NCBI GenBank assembly: GCA_963840035.1
Contig: CAWIXE010000002.1
Span: 1,088,001 to 1,152,000 of the forward strand
From: a candidate division FCPU426 bacterium
Lineage (GTDB): Bacteria > Oederibacteriota > PGYV01 > Palsa-1178
Direction: 5' to 3'
DNA length: 64,000 bases
The position numbers and the translations under genes are program-made. Below the pieces are notes generated by a model. It was not told where the DNA came from. It did no database searches and was given only the letters and a program-made list of their open reading frames with translations. Shown piece after piece: positions 39,074 to 48,789 of this stretch (the first letter of the stretch is position 1; each line of letters begins with the position of its first letter).

Positions 39074-39433
39074 TCAGTCCCTCTTATCAATTCCGCTTAT
39101 TAGTTTTGACAACATCATGGCAACACTGTTAATCCTTTGTTTAAGGACGTCGTTCTGCTCTTTTGAGATCAATCCTTTCCGCTTACACAATTCCAGTATA
39201 GGTACGCATTCATGCGCAGATCCACGGGCAATATAAAAAAATTGTTTTCTGTCATTTTTATGCCAGCGGCCGTTACCTTCAGCAATATTTGCCGATATGG
39301 ATAATACAGCGCGGTTAGCCTGGTCTTTGATGTAGTAGGTGCCTTTTTCAAAAGAATCTGTGAGGTTTGAAATATCTTCGGCAAGGTCGAGCGATTTTTG
39401 GTAGACTTCAAGATTTTCGAACATAAACGACAT
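39074..39433 (-). CDS. Four-helix-bundle protein (23S rRNA intervening-sequence protein / bAvd-like family)
   Basis: FENLEVYQKS, DQANRAVLSISANIAEG.GR, FFYIARGSAHEC. Confidence 0.92.
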   Translation of the reverse strand: MSFMFENLEVYQKSLDLAEDISNLTDSFEKGTYYIKDQANRAVLSISANIAEGNGRWHKNDRKQFFYIARGSAHECVPILELCKRKGLISKEQNDVLKQRINSVAMMLSKLISGIDKRD

Positions 39434-39464
39434 AGTATCCCCCCTATGTTTTTTTAATTTTTAC

Positions 39465-39775
39465 CGGATGTTCGGCTGCTCCGATTTTTGGCGGAGCCTT
39501 TCCTTTTTTACAAATCCAGAACAAGAACAAAACAACATTCGATAGCCGAACAGCCGAGGAGTCGACCGCAGCCGAACTTTGGTGTTGTCGACTGCTCGGC
39601 TTTCGGATGTTCGGCTGCTCCGATTTTCGGCGGAGCCTTTCCTTTTTACAAATCCAGAACAAGAACAAAACAACATTCGATAGCCGAACAGCCGAGGAGT
39701 CGACCGCAGCCGAACTTTGGTGTTGTCGACTGCTCGGCTTTCGGATGTTCGGCTGCTCCGATTTTTGGCGGAGCC
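39465..39775. repeat. 138-139 bp tandem repeat (about 2.25 copies) of a structured hairpin unit
   Basis: Units start at 39465, 39604 and 39742; near-identical. Confidence 0.92.
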
Positions 39776-39783
39776 AAAAATCA

Positions 39784-39857
39784 TGGCTGCCCGGGGTGGA
39801 TTCGAACCACCATAGGGAGCTTCAAAGGCTCCAGTCTTGCCATTGGACGACCGGGCA
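39784..39857 (-). tRNA. tRNA-Gln(TTG)
   Basis: TGCCCGGTCGTCCAATGGCAAGACTGGAGCCTTTGAAGCTCC...GGTTCGAATCC...CCGGGCAGCCA. Confidence 0.97.
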
Positions 39858-40115
39858 ACTAAAAACAAATTTACTATTTTCAATTTTCTATTTTAAATTA
39901 AGATACTGTTCAAATCGACAACATTATACAACAAACAGCAATACAATAAAATATTTAATTTTACATTTTGGTTTCAGGATTTGCATTGCGGAACAGGCTG
40001 GTTTGCACACGTTTTAAACAAATATCCATACACATATTCCCTGTTAGCACAGGAGACTCTAAACGGAGTACCTATATCCCTGCCGGCTTTTTTACGGCCG
40101 GCTGGAATATGGTTA

Positions 40116-40406
40116 TTAGTTTGCCCTGGTATCGCTTGCCTGCAGGGTTTCGTGGAATTTATCAAGGACCTTGACTTCTATCGACTTCCTCATTTCGTTG
40201 TTCAGAGGATGAGCGATATCCTTGAACGTTCCGTCAGACAATTTCCTGCTTGGCATAACAACAAAAAGCCCGTTCTTACCGTCTATCACTTTTAAGCCCC
40301 TTACTACAAACGAGCCGTCAAAAGTGATACTGGCATACGCTTTCAGCTTCTGGTCCTCTGAATCGCTTGTGCCCCTTGGAAAAACTTTTACCTCTGTGAT
40401 TTCCAT
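40116..40406 (-). CDS. spoVG: SpoVG family nucleic-acid-binding regulator
   Basis: MEITEVKV, LKAYASITFD, GLFVVMPSRK, FKDIAHP; AAGGAGG before ATG 40406. Confidence 0.93.
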   Translation of the reverse strand: MEITEVKVFPRGTSDSEDQKLKAYASITFDGSFVVRGLKVIDGKNGLFVVMPSRKLSDGTFKDIAHPLNNEMRKSIEVKVLDKFHETLQASDTRAN

Positions 40407-40428
40407 GTACCGACGCCTCCTTGGATAA

Positions 40429-41277
40429 TTAAATCGAGCGCGCAAGGCATATAAAACTGCCTTTCCACTCCCGGCTTACCTTCTTAAGACACTTTAAAGC
40501 CCCCATTCTGTCCTTAAAGAGAGCAAATACAGCGCTCCCACTCCCGCTCAGAGATGAATCAAGACAGCCGTGCCTCAAGAAACTTTCCTTAATTCTTAAC
40601 AAAATCGGAAATTTACCATAAACTACAGGCTCAAAATTATTATACAAGAACCCGCAGTCATCTTTCTTATTCCTGCTGTTAATTATAGTATATGATTTGT
40701 CATTTGTCAAATTTGTTTGCGCGTCAAACCATTTATAAGCGTCTTTTGTGGCTATTTTTATCGCTTTATGGACTATAATAACGAACCAGAACGGCTTTTT
40801 TACCTTTAAAACCCTTATTTTCTCGCCTTTTCCTGAAACAAACGCCCTCTTTTGATATATGAAAAACGGCACGTCAGACCCTATTTTTCGGGCTGTTTTT
40901 GCCATTTCAGCAGAGCTTAACCTCAGCTTAAAAATCCTGTTTATGGCAAGTATAACTGTTGCCGCATCCGAACTCCCGCCGCCCAACCCTGCTCCGTTGG
41001 GTATGTATTTATAAAGCGTGACTTTTACACCCTTACTGATACCGTACTTTTTCATCATCAACATGGCTGCTTTGTATACTATGTTCTTTTCCTGAGGCAG
41101 TTTCAATGTGTTAAATTTATCCACTACCTCGACGCCTGCCCGGGTAATCTCAATATCAAGCTCGTCAAAGAGGGATACAGGCTCAAAGACAGACTCAAGA
41201 AAATGATAGCCGTCTTTTTTATCTTTTTTCCCGATGTTCAATACCAGGTTTAATTTCGCCGGCGCGAAAAACCTCAT
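40429..41277 (-). CDS. ispE: 4-diphosphocytidyl-2C-methyl-D-erythritol kinase
   Basis: APAKLNL, GAGLGGGSSDAA, GSDVPFF, SGSGSAVF. Confidence 0.94.
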   Translation of the reverse strand: MRFFAPAKLNLVLNIGKKDKKDGYHFLESVFEPVSLFDELDIEITRAGVEVVDKFNTLKLPQEKNIVYKAAMLMMKKYGISKGVKVTLYKYIPNGAGLGGGSSDAATVILAINRIFKLRLSSAEMAKTARKIGSDVPFFIYQKRAFVSGKGEKIRVLKVKKPFWFVIIVHKAIKIATKDAYKWFDAQTNLTNDKSYTIINSRNKKDDCGFLYNNFEPVVYGKFPILLRIKESFLRHGCLDSSLSGSGSAVFALFKDRMGALKCLKKVSREWKGSFICLARSI

Positions 41278-43019
41278 GGCTTTTTGTCCCCGTTCTTTAT
41301 CAGTTCAATCTTCTTGAGAATATCTTCCTTTGTCTCCGCACCGGCGCCTATAGCCTTTTTGTAATACTCCCTGGCTTTTTCAGGCTGACTGAGTTTTACA
41401 TAAGTATCCGCTATGTGTTCATATATAACCGGATCGCCCTTGCCTATGCCCTTTTCTTTCTCCACCACCGCTTCAGCGGTTATAAGCTGTTTTAAGGCGC
41501 TGTCATACTCGCCTTTCTGATAATAAACCCAGCCCATGCTGTCCATGAAAAAGCCGTTGTCTTTTTCAATATCAAGCGCGGCCTGCACAAGCGCCGCGGC
41601 CTCTTCAAGGTTTTTGCCCTGGTCAGCGTATGTGTAGCCTATGTAGTTATATGCCTCCGCGTTCTTCGGGTTCATCTTAAGGACTTCCCTGAATTCGGCT
41701 ATTGACGCGTCGTAGTTTTTCATTTTGTCATAAGTGATTGCCAGGGTAAAATGCAGTTTTTCCGATTTCGGAAACTTCTTAATGGCGTTAAGATATACAT
41801 TCACCGCCTCATCATACCGCTTCTCGTCGTAATACGCGGCGGCAAGCGCGGCGTGAAAATCCTCATCCTCGGAATTTTCCTCAAGCTTTGATTTCAATAG
41901 CTCTATGGCTTTTGCTGCCCTGCTTGTTTCCGTATAAATGTAACTTATGTGGTATAAAGCGTTGGTAAATTTAGGGTCCAGTTTCAGCGCTTCATTGAAC
42001 TTATCAATTGCCTTTTCATACTGCTTCTTCTCTTCGAGCGCCAGCCCTCCGTAATACCTTGCCATTTTATCGTCCGGCTTGGCTTTTTCAGCCTTTAAAA
42101 ACTGCTCCGCGGCTTCATCTAACTTTCCCGCTTTAAGGTAAATAAGCCCCAGCGATGTGACTATCTGAATATCATCGCCGTCCTTTTTAAGTATCTGCCT
42201 GTATGATTTAATGGCCAGGTCAAGCTGGTTTTCCTTGTAATAAATATCGCCTACATACCGCAGCGCCTGCTTGTCGTCCGGCCGCAGCTGAAGGTAGTCT
42301 TCATATGTGCTGATGGCCATCTTATTGTCGCCCGTTATCTCATATACCCCGGCTAAAGCAGAATATGCCTTAAGGTATAAGGGGTCTTTTTCAAGTGATT
42401 TTCTGAAATACTCCGCTGCTTTTTCATAATTTTCCCTGCCCGCGAATAAAAGCCCGATGTTGTAATAGGCGGCAGACGTGTCAGGCGCTATCGCTATGTT
42501 CTTTAAGAACATTGATTCCGCGTCATCCATCTTCTCCTGCTTGAAAAACACCACACCCAGATAAAAGTAGGCGTCAGCAATCGTCGAGTCTATGCTTAAA
42601 GCCCTTTCAAAAAGCTGCCTGGCTTCGGCATAATCGCCTGTTTCCAGTTTTATCCTGCCGGCCATGATGAGTATGTCGGTATTATACGGGTCGTCTTTTA
42701 AGCCCTTTTCTATGGTGTCTTTCATTCCCGGATTATCGCCCTTAAGTCCGAACAGATACGCAAGCTGCGTATACACGGGGCCGGGCGCATAGGAGTATTT
42801 GGCGCTGATGTTATAGTATTCCATGGCGTAATCAGGCTCCTCCGCGAGTTCAAAGAGATAGCCAATTCCGTAATACAGATAAGATATGGCTTCCTGGTAT
42901 GGGTTTTTATCGATCTCAGGGCGTTCTGTATTCTTGGTGTCCAGATAAATTTTATTTGAGGCGCAGCCGGTAAAGAGCAATACAAATATCAGGATTGACA
43001 GTGCGGGAATTTTTTTCAT
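41274..43019 (-). CDS. TPR-repeat lipoprotein
   Basis: FTGC lipobox, many TPRs, AYNYIGYTYAD and DSMGWVYY. Confidence 0.88.
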   Translation of the reverse strand: MKKIPALSILIFVLLFTGCASNKIYLDTKNTERPEIDKNPYQEAISYLYYGIGYLFELAEEPDYAMEYYNISAKYSYAPGPVYTQLAYLFGLKGDNPGMKDTIEKGLKDDPYNTDILIMAGRIKLETGDYAEARQLFERALSIDSTIADAYFYLGVVFFKQEKMDDAESMFLKNIAIAPDTSAAYYNIGLLFAGRENYEKAAEYFRKSLEKDPLYLKAYSALAGVYEITGDNKMAISTYEDYLQLRPDDKQALRYVGDIYYKENQLDLAIKSYRQILKKDGDDIQIVTSLGLIYLKAGKLDEAAEQFLKAEKAKPDDKMARYYGGLALEEKKQYEKAIDKFNEALKLDPKFTNALYHISYIYTETSRAAKAIELLKSKLEENSEDEDFHAALAAAYYDEKRYDEAVNVYLNAIKKFPKSEKLHFTLAITYDKMKNYDASIAEFREVLKMNPKNAEAYNYIGYTYADQGKNLEEAAALVQAALDIEKDNGFFMDSMGWVYYQKGEYDSALKQLITAEAVVEKEKGIGKGDPVIYEHIADTYVKLSQPEKAREYYKKAIGAGAETKEDILKKIELIKNGDKKP

Positions 43020-43025
43020 TATGAT

Positions 43026-43475
43026 CTACCTGTCTTCAAATTTTTTGTCTGTAAGCCGGAGCCTCTTATTGATTATCTTAAGAAGTGCCATCAGTATTTT
43101 TGCGGCTATTTTTGGATCGGAGTCAAGTATCTCTACGAAGCTTTTCTTGGTGACAACGACAAGTTTTGAATCCGCGGAAGTTTTTCCCGAAGCCGTCCTG
43201 GGGCCCGCGTCTATCAGGGACATTTCCCCAACCACTTCACCCGGGGTTAAGACCGCGATAACTTCCTCGCCATCTTTTGTCTTTTTTGATATTTCCACAC
43301 TTCCCTCAGTTACTATATAAAGGACTTCACCGGGCATCCCCTCAACAAACAGGGTCGAACCCTTTTTATAATCCTTCTCAAATATCCTTCTTGTGACAAT
43401 ATCAAGTTCCGCGTCGTTCATATCCTTAAAGAGTATGAGGTTTTTTAATTTATCATAATTCAGCTGCTCGGGCAT
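43026..43475 (-). CDS. Stand-alone cyclic nucleotide-binding domain protein
   Basis: GEVVGEMSLID..PRTAS, no HTH. Confidence 0.88.
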   Translation of the reverse strand: MPEQLNYDKLKNLILFKDMNDAELDIVTRRIFEKDYKKGSTLFVEGMPGEVLYIVTEGSVEISKKTKDGEEVIAVLTPGEVVGEMSLIDAGPRTASGKTSADSKLVVVTKKSFVEILDSDPKIAAKILMALLKIINKRLRLTDKKFEDR

Positions 43476-43540
43476 GTTTCTTGATTACCTCCTGGAGATA
43501 ATAACACACTTAATTTGTTTTTGGCGTTTGCGCCTATTTC

Positions 43541-43617
43541 GGACTGTTGATCGTAGATTGCGGATTATAAGTTAACCTGCCATTTAATCCGCATTCGTAA
43601 ATCTACTATCTTCAATT
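43541..43617. repeat. Heptamer-periodic inverted repeat, family A, copy 2
   Basis: tgttgatcgtagattgcggatta ... taatccgcattcgtaaatctactatcttcaatt. Confidence 0.75.
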
Positions 43618-44431
43618 ACAATTGTATCTCCCAGCCTTCCTGGACGCAGTACGCTTTTTCATATTTGGCCTGGGCTTTTCTCTGTATGTCGTCGACAAAG
43701 GCATCGTCGTGTTCCGGCGCGTGGTGGCACAGGTGGAGCTCTTTGGCGCCGGATAACTGGGCTACCTTAATGCCCTCTTCATAAGTGGAATGGCCCCAGC
43801 CAACGTATTTCGGGTATTCTTCCGGGGTAAAATGGGCGTCATAAAAAAGTATATCCGCGTTCTTTGCTATTTCAATGAGCTTATTGTCAGGCACCGCGTA
43901 ATGTTCAATGTCAGTGGCGTAAACAAAAACGCCTGATTTTGCCTCAACCCTGTATACCATCATGCCGCCGGGGTGGTTTATCTTTACGGAATTAATCCTG
44001 AATGGGCCTATATTGATTTCCTCTTTTTCCTTTATCTCATTAAACGAAAATTTAGCGAGCATGCCTGAGAGTTCCACCGGAAAATTGATGAATTCCTGCT
44101 GGCGTTTTAAAACATCAAGGACTGTTTTATTGTATTTGGATTCGCCATATATGTTAATTTCATTGCCTTTGATGAAACCGGGCGCAAAAAAAGGAAAACC
44201 CTGGAGGTGGTCCCAGTGATAGTGGGAAAAAAGCATGTTCAGTTTGTGCCCTGTCGGCCCGCTTTCTTTCATTAAGTCCCTGCCAAAATTGCGCAGGCCC
44301 GTGCCCGCGTCAAGTATAAGTTTTGTATTGGCTTCTTCAAGGACTACGCATGTGGTATTTCCGCCGTATTTTACAGTATCTTTACCGGCTACAGGGATTG
44401 AACCTCTGACTCCGTAATATTTTATCTTCAT
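43616..44431 (-). CDS. MBL-fold metallo-hydrolase (RNase Z/phosphodiesterase-like)
   Basis: GVRGSIP, YGGNTTC, SHYHWDH, WGHS, HHAP; the track N-terminal extension is repeat-derived. Confidence 0.9.
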   Translation of the reverse strand: MKIKYYGVRGSIPVAGKDTVKYGGNTTCVVLEEANTKLILDAGTGLRNFGRDLMKESGPTGHKLNMLFSHYHWDHLQGFPFFAPGFIKGNEINIYGESKYNKTVLDVLKRQQEFINFPVELSGMLAKFSFNEIKEKEEINIGPFRINSVKINHPGGMMVYRVEAKSGVFVYATDIEHYAVPDNKLIEIAKNADILFYDAHFTPEEYPKYVGWGHSTYEEGIKVAQLSGAKELHLCHHAPEHDDAFVDDIQRKAQAKYEKAYCVQEGWEIQL

Positions 44432-44443
44432 AAGCCCCCACTG

Positions 44444-44550
44444 ATCAATTTTCAATTTTATATTTTCAATTTTCAATTAAGGAAAAAAGTCCTTAATTCA
44501 CTGCAATTTCTCTGTTATTTTTAATTGAAAATTCAAAATTGTAAATTAAC
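44444..44550. repeat. TTTTCAA-heptamer inverted repeat, family B, copy 1
   Basis: ttttcaa arrays facing ttgaaaa arrays; centre similar to 49955..50058. Confidence 0.75.
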
Positions 44551-44564
44551 GTATTATAACTCAC

Positions 44565-46634
44565 TTATCCTATATTTATCAAGTCAAAACTGGAACCGTA
44601 CTTTTGTTTTATTATACGGACTAATTGTTCCTTTTCGCTGTGATTTAGGTCACACTCACCTGAAATAACTGAGAATGCAGCCTGCCTGGCCTCATCCAAT
44701 TCCTTTTTATCCCTTATAATACTGGCTATTTTAAACTCTGTCACGCCATGCTGCCTTGTTCCCATGAATTCACCCGGACCCCTGATTTCAAGGTCAGCTT
44801 CGGATATTTTGAAGCCATCCTGAGTGGCCGCCATTATACCGAGCCTTTTAAAACTGTCCTCAGTCCTGGCATCCCCGACTAAAACGCAATAAGACTGCGC
44901 AGACCCTCTTCCGACCCTGCCCCTTAACTGATGGAGCTGTGAGAGGCCGAACCTTTCGGCGTGTTCTATCACTATGACCGAAGCTTCAGGCACATCCACC
45001 CCGACTTCTATTACCGTCGTGGCGACAAGTATGTCTATGGAGCCATCCTTAAAACTTTTCATGGCTTCGTCACGCTCTTCCTTTTTCATTTGTCCGTGTA
45101 TAAGGGATATTTTATAATCCTTGAACCTCTTTGACCATTCTTTTTCCATCTCAATGGCGGATTTAAGGTCAAGTTTTTCCGATTCATCCACAAGCGGATA
45201 AACCGCGTATACCCGCGCTTTTTCCTTAAGCCTCTCTTCTATAAATGAAAACATCTTAAAGACTTCAGCCGACTCAAAGATCATGGTCTTGACCGGTTTC
45301 CTGCCGGGCGGCAGCTCGTCTATCACTGAAATATCCGTATCGCCGTAAACAGAGAGCGTCAGCGTCCTGGGTATGGGCGTGGCCGTCATGATAAGCGAGT
45401 GCGGAAGGGTTTCTGATTTTTTCAGCAGCGCGGCCCTTTGCATGACGCCGAAGCGGTGCTGCTCGTCAATAACCACAAGGCCGAGTTTTTTAAAAACGAC
45501 ATCATCCTGTATGAGCGCGTGCGTGCCTACGAGTATCTGTATTTTCCCGTCCTTAAGGGCTTCTATGATATCATCCCTGTTTGATTTTTTGATTCCACCC
45601 AGAAGCAGCTCCGCCTTTATCCCCGTTCCTTCAAGGACCTTTTGCATGTTTGCGGCGTGTTGTACAGCCAGTATTTCGGTTGGTGCCATAATGGCCGACT
45701 GATATCCGTTCTCAGCCGCCATTACGCATGCCGCGAGCGCGACAATTGTTTTGCCTGAACCCACGTCCCCCTGTACGAGCCTGTTCATGGGTTTTCCCGA
45801 TGAAAAATCAGTTTGTATCTCATCAAGCACCTTTTTTTGCGCGCCTGTGAGAGTGAATGGCAGGTTTTTAATGAAACCGGAAAATAGGGGCCCGCCGGGC
45901 TTTAATATGATTCCGGGTTCTTCCTTTATCCGGCTCTTCCTCATGGCAAAGGCAAACTGCAGGAAAAAGAACTCGTCGAATATAAGGCGCCTTTTTGACT
46001 TTTCCAGGAGGTCAAAGGACTCCGGGTAATGGACGTTATAAACCGCGTCATTAAGCTTTATAAGGCTGTATTTTTTTGCGATTGCCTCCGGCATGTATTC
46101 TTCCAGCGATTTCAGGTGGTTGTCTATGGCGAACTTTATGATCTTCCTGAACTGCTTCTGCGATAAGCCATCAGTCAGCGGGTAAACCGGAACTATCCTG
46201 TTTACATTTACGCTCTCATCCGGGTCAGTGCCGTCGTCGGTTATCTCATACTCGGGCGTGCCTATCTGCAGCATGGACCTGTAGGCTTCCACCCTTCCGT
46301 GAAATATTACCTGCATTCCCTTTTTAAATATCTTTTCTATGTATGGCTGGTTGAACCAGACGCCGGTTATAAATCCTGTTTCGTCTTTTATGGTAATATT
46401 GGTGATTTTCAGCCTGGGCCTTAACTGCTTTGAATCCGCGGCGATTACAGTGCCCGAGACTGTTTCCAGTTCCCCTGTTGTGACCGAGGATATTTTTTTA
46501 ACATTCGACCTGTCCACCCATGTGCGGGGAAAATAATACAGCAGGTCAAACACCGTTTTAACCCCGAGCTTTTCAAGCAGCCTGGCCCTCTCCGGGCCCA
46601 CGCCTTTTATGTACTGGATTTCCTTATCAAGCAT
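44565..46634 (-). CDS. recG: ATP-dependent DNA helicase RecG
   Basis: QGDVGSGKT, DEQHRFGV, TATPIPRTL, QLRGRVGRG. Confidence 0.96.
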   Translation of the reverse strand: MLDKEIQYIKGVGPERARLLEKLGVKTVFDLLYYFPRTWVDRSNVKKISSVTTGELETVSGTVIAADSKQLRPRLKITNITIKDETGFITGVWFNQPYIEKIFKKGMQVIFHGRVEAYRSMLQIGTPEYEITDDGTDPDESVNVNRIVPVYPLTDGLSQKQFRKIIKFAIDNHLKSLEEYMPEAIAKKYSLIKLNDAVYNVHYPESFDLLEKSKRRLIFDEFFFLQFAFAMRKSRIKEEPGIILKPGGPLFSGFIKNLPFTLTGAQKKVLDEIQTDFSSGKPMNRLVQGDVGSGKTIVALAACVMAAENGYQSAIMAPTEILAVQHAANMQKVLEGTGIKAELLLGGIKKSNRDDIIEALKDGKIQILVGTHALIQDDVVFKKLGLVVIDEQHRFGVMQRAALLKKSETLPHSLIMTATPIPRTLTLSVYGDTDISVIDELPPGRKPVKTMIFESAEVFKMFSFIEERLKEKARVYAVYPLVDESEKLDLKSAIEMEKEWSKRFKDYKISLIHGQMKKEERDEAMKSFKDGSIDILVATTVIEVGVDVPEASVIVIEHAERFGLSQLHQLRGRVGRGSAQSYCVLVGDARTEDSFKRLGIMAATQDGFKISEADLEIRGPGEFMGTRQHGVTEFKIASIIRDKKELDEARQAAFSVISGECDLNHSEKEQLVRIIKQKYGSSFDLINIG

Positions 46635-46649
46635 TTATTGCCCCTTATC

Positions 46650-46991
46650 CTATTCGGATTTTGTGGGATTAATAAGGTTCTGGTAATCATATCCCGGTGA
46701 AACATCAGTGGGCTTGTTGAACCTGGCTTCAGGAAGAGCGCTGATGAATATCGAGAAAAATATGTCCTGAACGCCGCCCGTTGTCTGGCTTACCGATATG
46801 CTGGCCTCCCAGCAATGTACAAACCACGTGGCGGAACAGTTATATGATGTCAGTTTCTTTTCGATTAAGTCGAATTGCCGCGCTATTGTCACCTTGAACT
46901 CATCAGTAAAGGCAAATGTGAAACCCGTATTAAACGACAGCACGTCAGAGGGCCTGTTAAGCTCAGGCCGGGCAAATCCCCTTCTCATCAA
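46650..46991 (-). CDS. C-terminal part of LptD-like beta-barrel, in a shifted frame
   Basis: Amphipathic beta-strands and HCWEAS motif; continues the upstream ORF if one G of the G4 run (46978-46981) is removed. Confidence 0.6.
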   Translation of the reverse strand: MMRRGFARPELNRPSDVLSFNTGFTFAFTDEFKVTIARQFDLIEKKLTSYNCSATWFVHCWEASISVSQTTGGVQDIFFSIFISALPEARFNKPTDVSPGYDYQNLINPTKSE

Positions 46992-48789
46992 TAAGGTTAT
47001 TTATAAAAATCGTGTTCAAATACAGGGTCCACAGATTTGAAGGCCCGGTATCCTTAATATTGAAGTTTAGCGTGATGTTCTTAACCATATTGGAAAAAAT
47101 GGAATAATTGGACTCTGCCGAAAAATACATGTCGCTTAAGCCGGTAAATGCCCGGAGATACAGCAGCGAGAACCTGCTTGTATCATATCCAGCTTTGGCG
47201 GTATCAGTAAGGAAATCATAAGACGCCCTTGCCTCAAAACTTAAAGCGCTGCTGCCGCCTGTTGCCGAGAGGTTCAGTATATTTGCGGTTATTCCGTCCC
47301 TTGCCACCCCGCGGAGTTTATTAAGCTGTTTTGCGTATGAATAACTGCCGGTAAGCCGCAAAAGCCCCATAGGCAGCACGTCAATGTTTGCCGACGACCC
47401 GGCTGTCATGGAGTTTAAAAGGTCCCCTCCTATGAAGCCGTTGGTTTTTTCATTATTATTGGTCCATGCCGAATTTAAGCCCGCCGAAGCGGACATCGAG
47501 AAAAAGCTCAGCGATAAAAGGTTTACGCTTAATGACGGTGTAAAGGCCCCGATATCACTATAAAAATTACCATCCTGCGGGTTATAGCTTCGCGTAAAGG
47601 TGAAGCTGTGTCCGTAGTTTACCCTGGGAAGAAGCTGTATTGATGTCATTGTATAGTTAAATACCGGCAGTTTCCTGTCGAAAGTATAGTATTTGTTCCC
47701 GACAGCGTCCCATAACTCAATGTCGGAAATGGAGGCGCCGATTGAATGGTTGCCAAACGACGTGGAAAAAGAAGCCCCGTAATCGTGGCGAAAAACATCG
47801 GTACCTTCCAGGTTCATGAAATATTCCCCGAGTGTGCTGTCCGACATGCTGGTAGCCCTTATATTAAGCCTTGTTGTGTCATTAAAAGCCTGGTTATGGT
47901 AAAAATTCCCGGCCCACCTTCTTAAATACGTAAACTTATCTTCGGAATAAAACCCGCTTAAGGAACCGCTTGAGTTTTTCCCAAACCCGTAATCAAGGGC
48001 CAGGTTATATTTGGGGCCGATTTTTTCCATATAATCAAAACCCAGGGAAAGCCTGTTCTGGTCGTTAAAAGCGGTGTTATAAACGGTATAAACGTACCAG
48101 CCCAGCGTGTTGTTATGGCCGAATTTAAAATCAAAGGGCTTCTTCTGCCCTTTTAACGGCTGGCTGTAATAAGGAAAATAGATCACGGGTATCATTCCCA
48201 GGTAAACAACCGCGTTCCAGCACTCTATCTTTTCATCCTGGTACATGTTTATCATGGATGCCTGAAGGCGGTAGTGCGGATTTTCCCTGTCGCAGGTGGT
48301 AAAGACTGGGTTTTCGATCTCGGTTTTCTTGCCTTCTTTCTTCATCTCCGCGCCTTTTACTATCCATGGCGGGCTTATCACGCTTACGTTTTTAGCGTAG
48401 GAGCTGGTATCTTTTGTGTTATAGAAGAGCTTGTCCGTATATATGCTGGAACCTTTCTGCAGGGCAAGGACGTTTCCTTCGGCCACAACCTCCCCTTTTT
48501 CAATGTTTACATAAATGTTATCCGCGAAAATTGAGACATCGGTATTGCGCAGTACCACTTTTCCCTTGCCGTAAATCTCGGTGGAGTCGTTGCTGTAAGT
48601 GAGCTCATCGGCCGTGATAAAAACAGGCGTGGTTGTATTGACTGTAGCGTCTGCCGTGGGGGTTACTGACTGGGTTTCTGCCATGATAAAAAAAGGCAAA
48701 AGTGTTAAAACGGTTAACAAAATCCCCTTAATCAGTTTTTTTTTAACATTGTTTGTATTAAATGATCGCTTTTTCGGTCTTGGAATCAA
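46963..48789 (-). CDS. lptD: LPS assembly protein LptD (frame interrupted near both ends)
   Basis: ITADELTY, FTTCD..PHY, PVIYFPY beta-jellyroll followed by barrel strands. Confidence 0.8.
   Translation of the reverse strand: MIPRPKKRSFNTNNVKKKLIKGILLTVLTLLPFFIMAETQSVTPTADATVNTTTPVFITADELTYSNDSTEIYGKGKVVLRNTDVSIFADNIYVNIEKGEVVAEGNVLALQKGSSIYTDKLFYNTKDTSSYAKNVSVISPPWIVKGAEMKKEGKKTEIENPVFTTCDRENPHYRLQASMINMYQDEKIECWNAVVYLGMIPVIYFPYYSQPLKGQKKPFDFKFGHNNTLGWYVYTVYNTAFNDQNRLSLGFDYMEKIGPKYNLALDYGFGKNSSGSLSGFYSEDKFTYLRRWAGNFYHNQAFNDTTRLNIRATSMSDSTLGEYFMNLEGTDVFRHDYGASFSTSFGNHSIGASISDIELWDAVGNKYYTFDRKLPVFNYTMTSIQLLPRVNYGHSFTFTRSYNPQDGNFYSDIGAFTPSLSVNLLSLSFFSMSASAGLNSAWTNNNEKTNGFIGGDLLNSMTAGSSANIDVLPMGLLRLTGSYSYAKQLNKLRGVARDGITANILNLSATGGSSALSFEARASYDFLTDTAKAGYDTSRFSLLYLRAFTGLSDMYFSAESNYSIFSNMVKNITLNFNIKDTGPSNLWTLYLNTIFINNLIDEKGICPA

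Noticed and set aside
39074..39433. Diversity-generating retroelement or rRNA intervening sequence
   Set aside because: No reverse transcriptase, TR/VR pair or rRNA gene in the window
39465..39775. CRISPR array
   Set aside because: Whole units are near-identical, with no unique spacers and no cas genes
39444..40017. Several ORFs over the tandem repeat and tRNA-Gln
   Set aside because: They translate repeat and tRNA sequence
39965..40115. c-di-GMP-I riboswitch-like GCAAACC...GCAAA words
   Set aside because: No GNRA tetraloop or supporting stems, and the downstream gene is a tRNA
43026..44431. Pycsar/CBASS defence system
   Set aside because: No cyclase or nucleotidyltransferase; the CNBD lacks TM or TIR effector domains; housekeeping context
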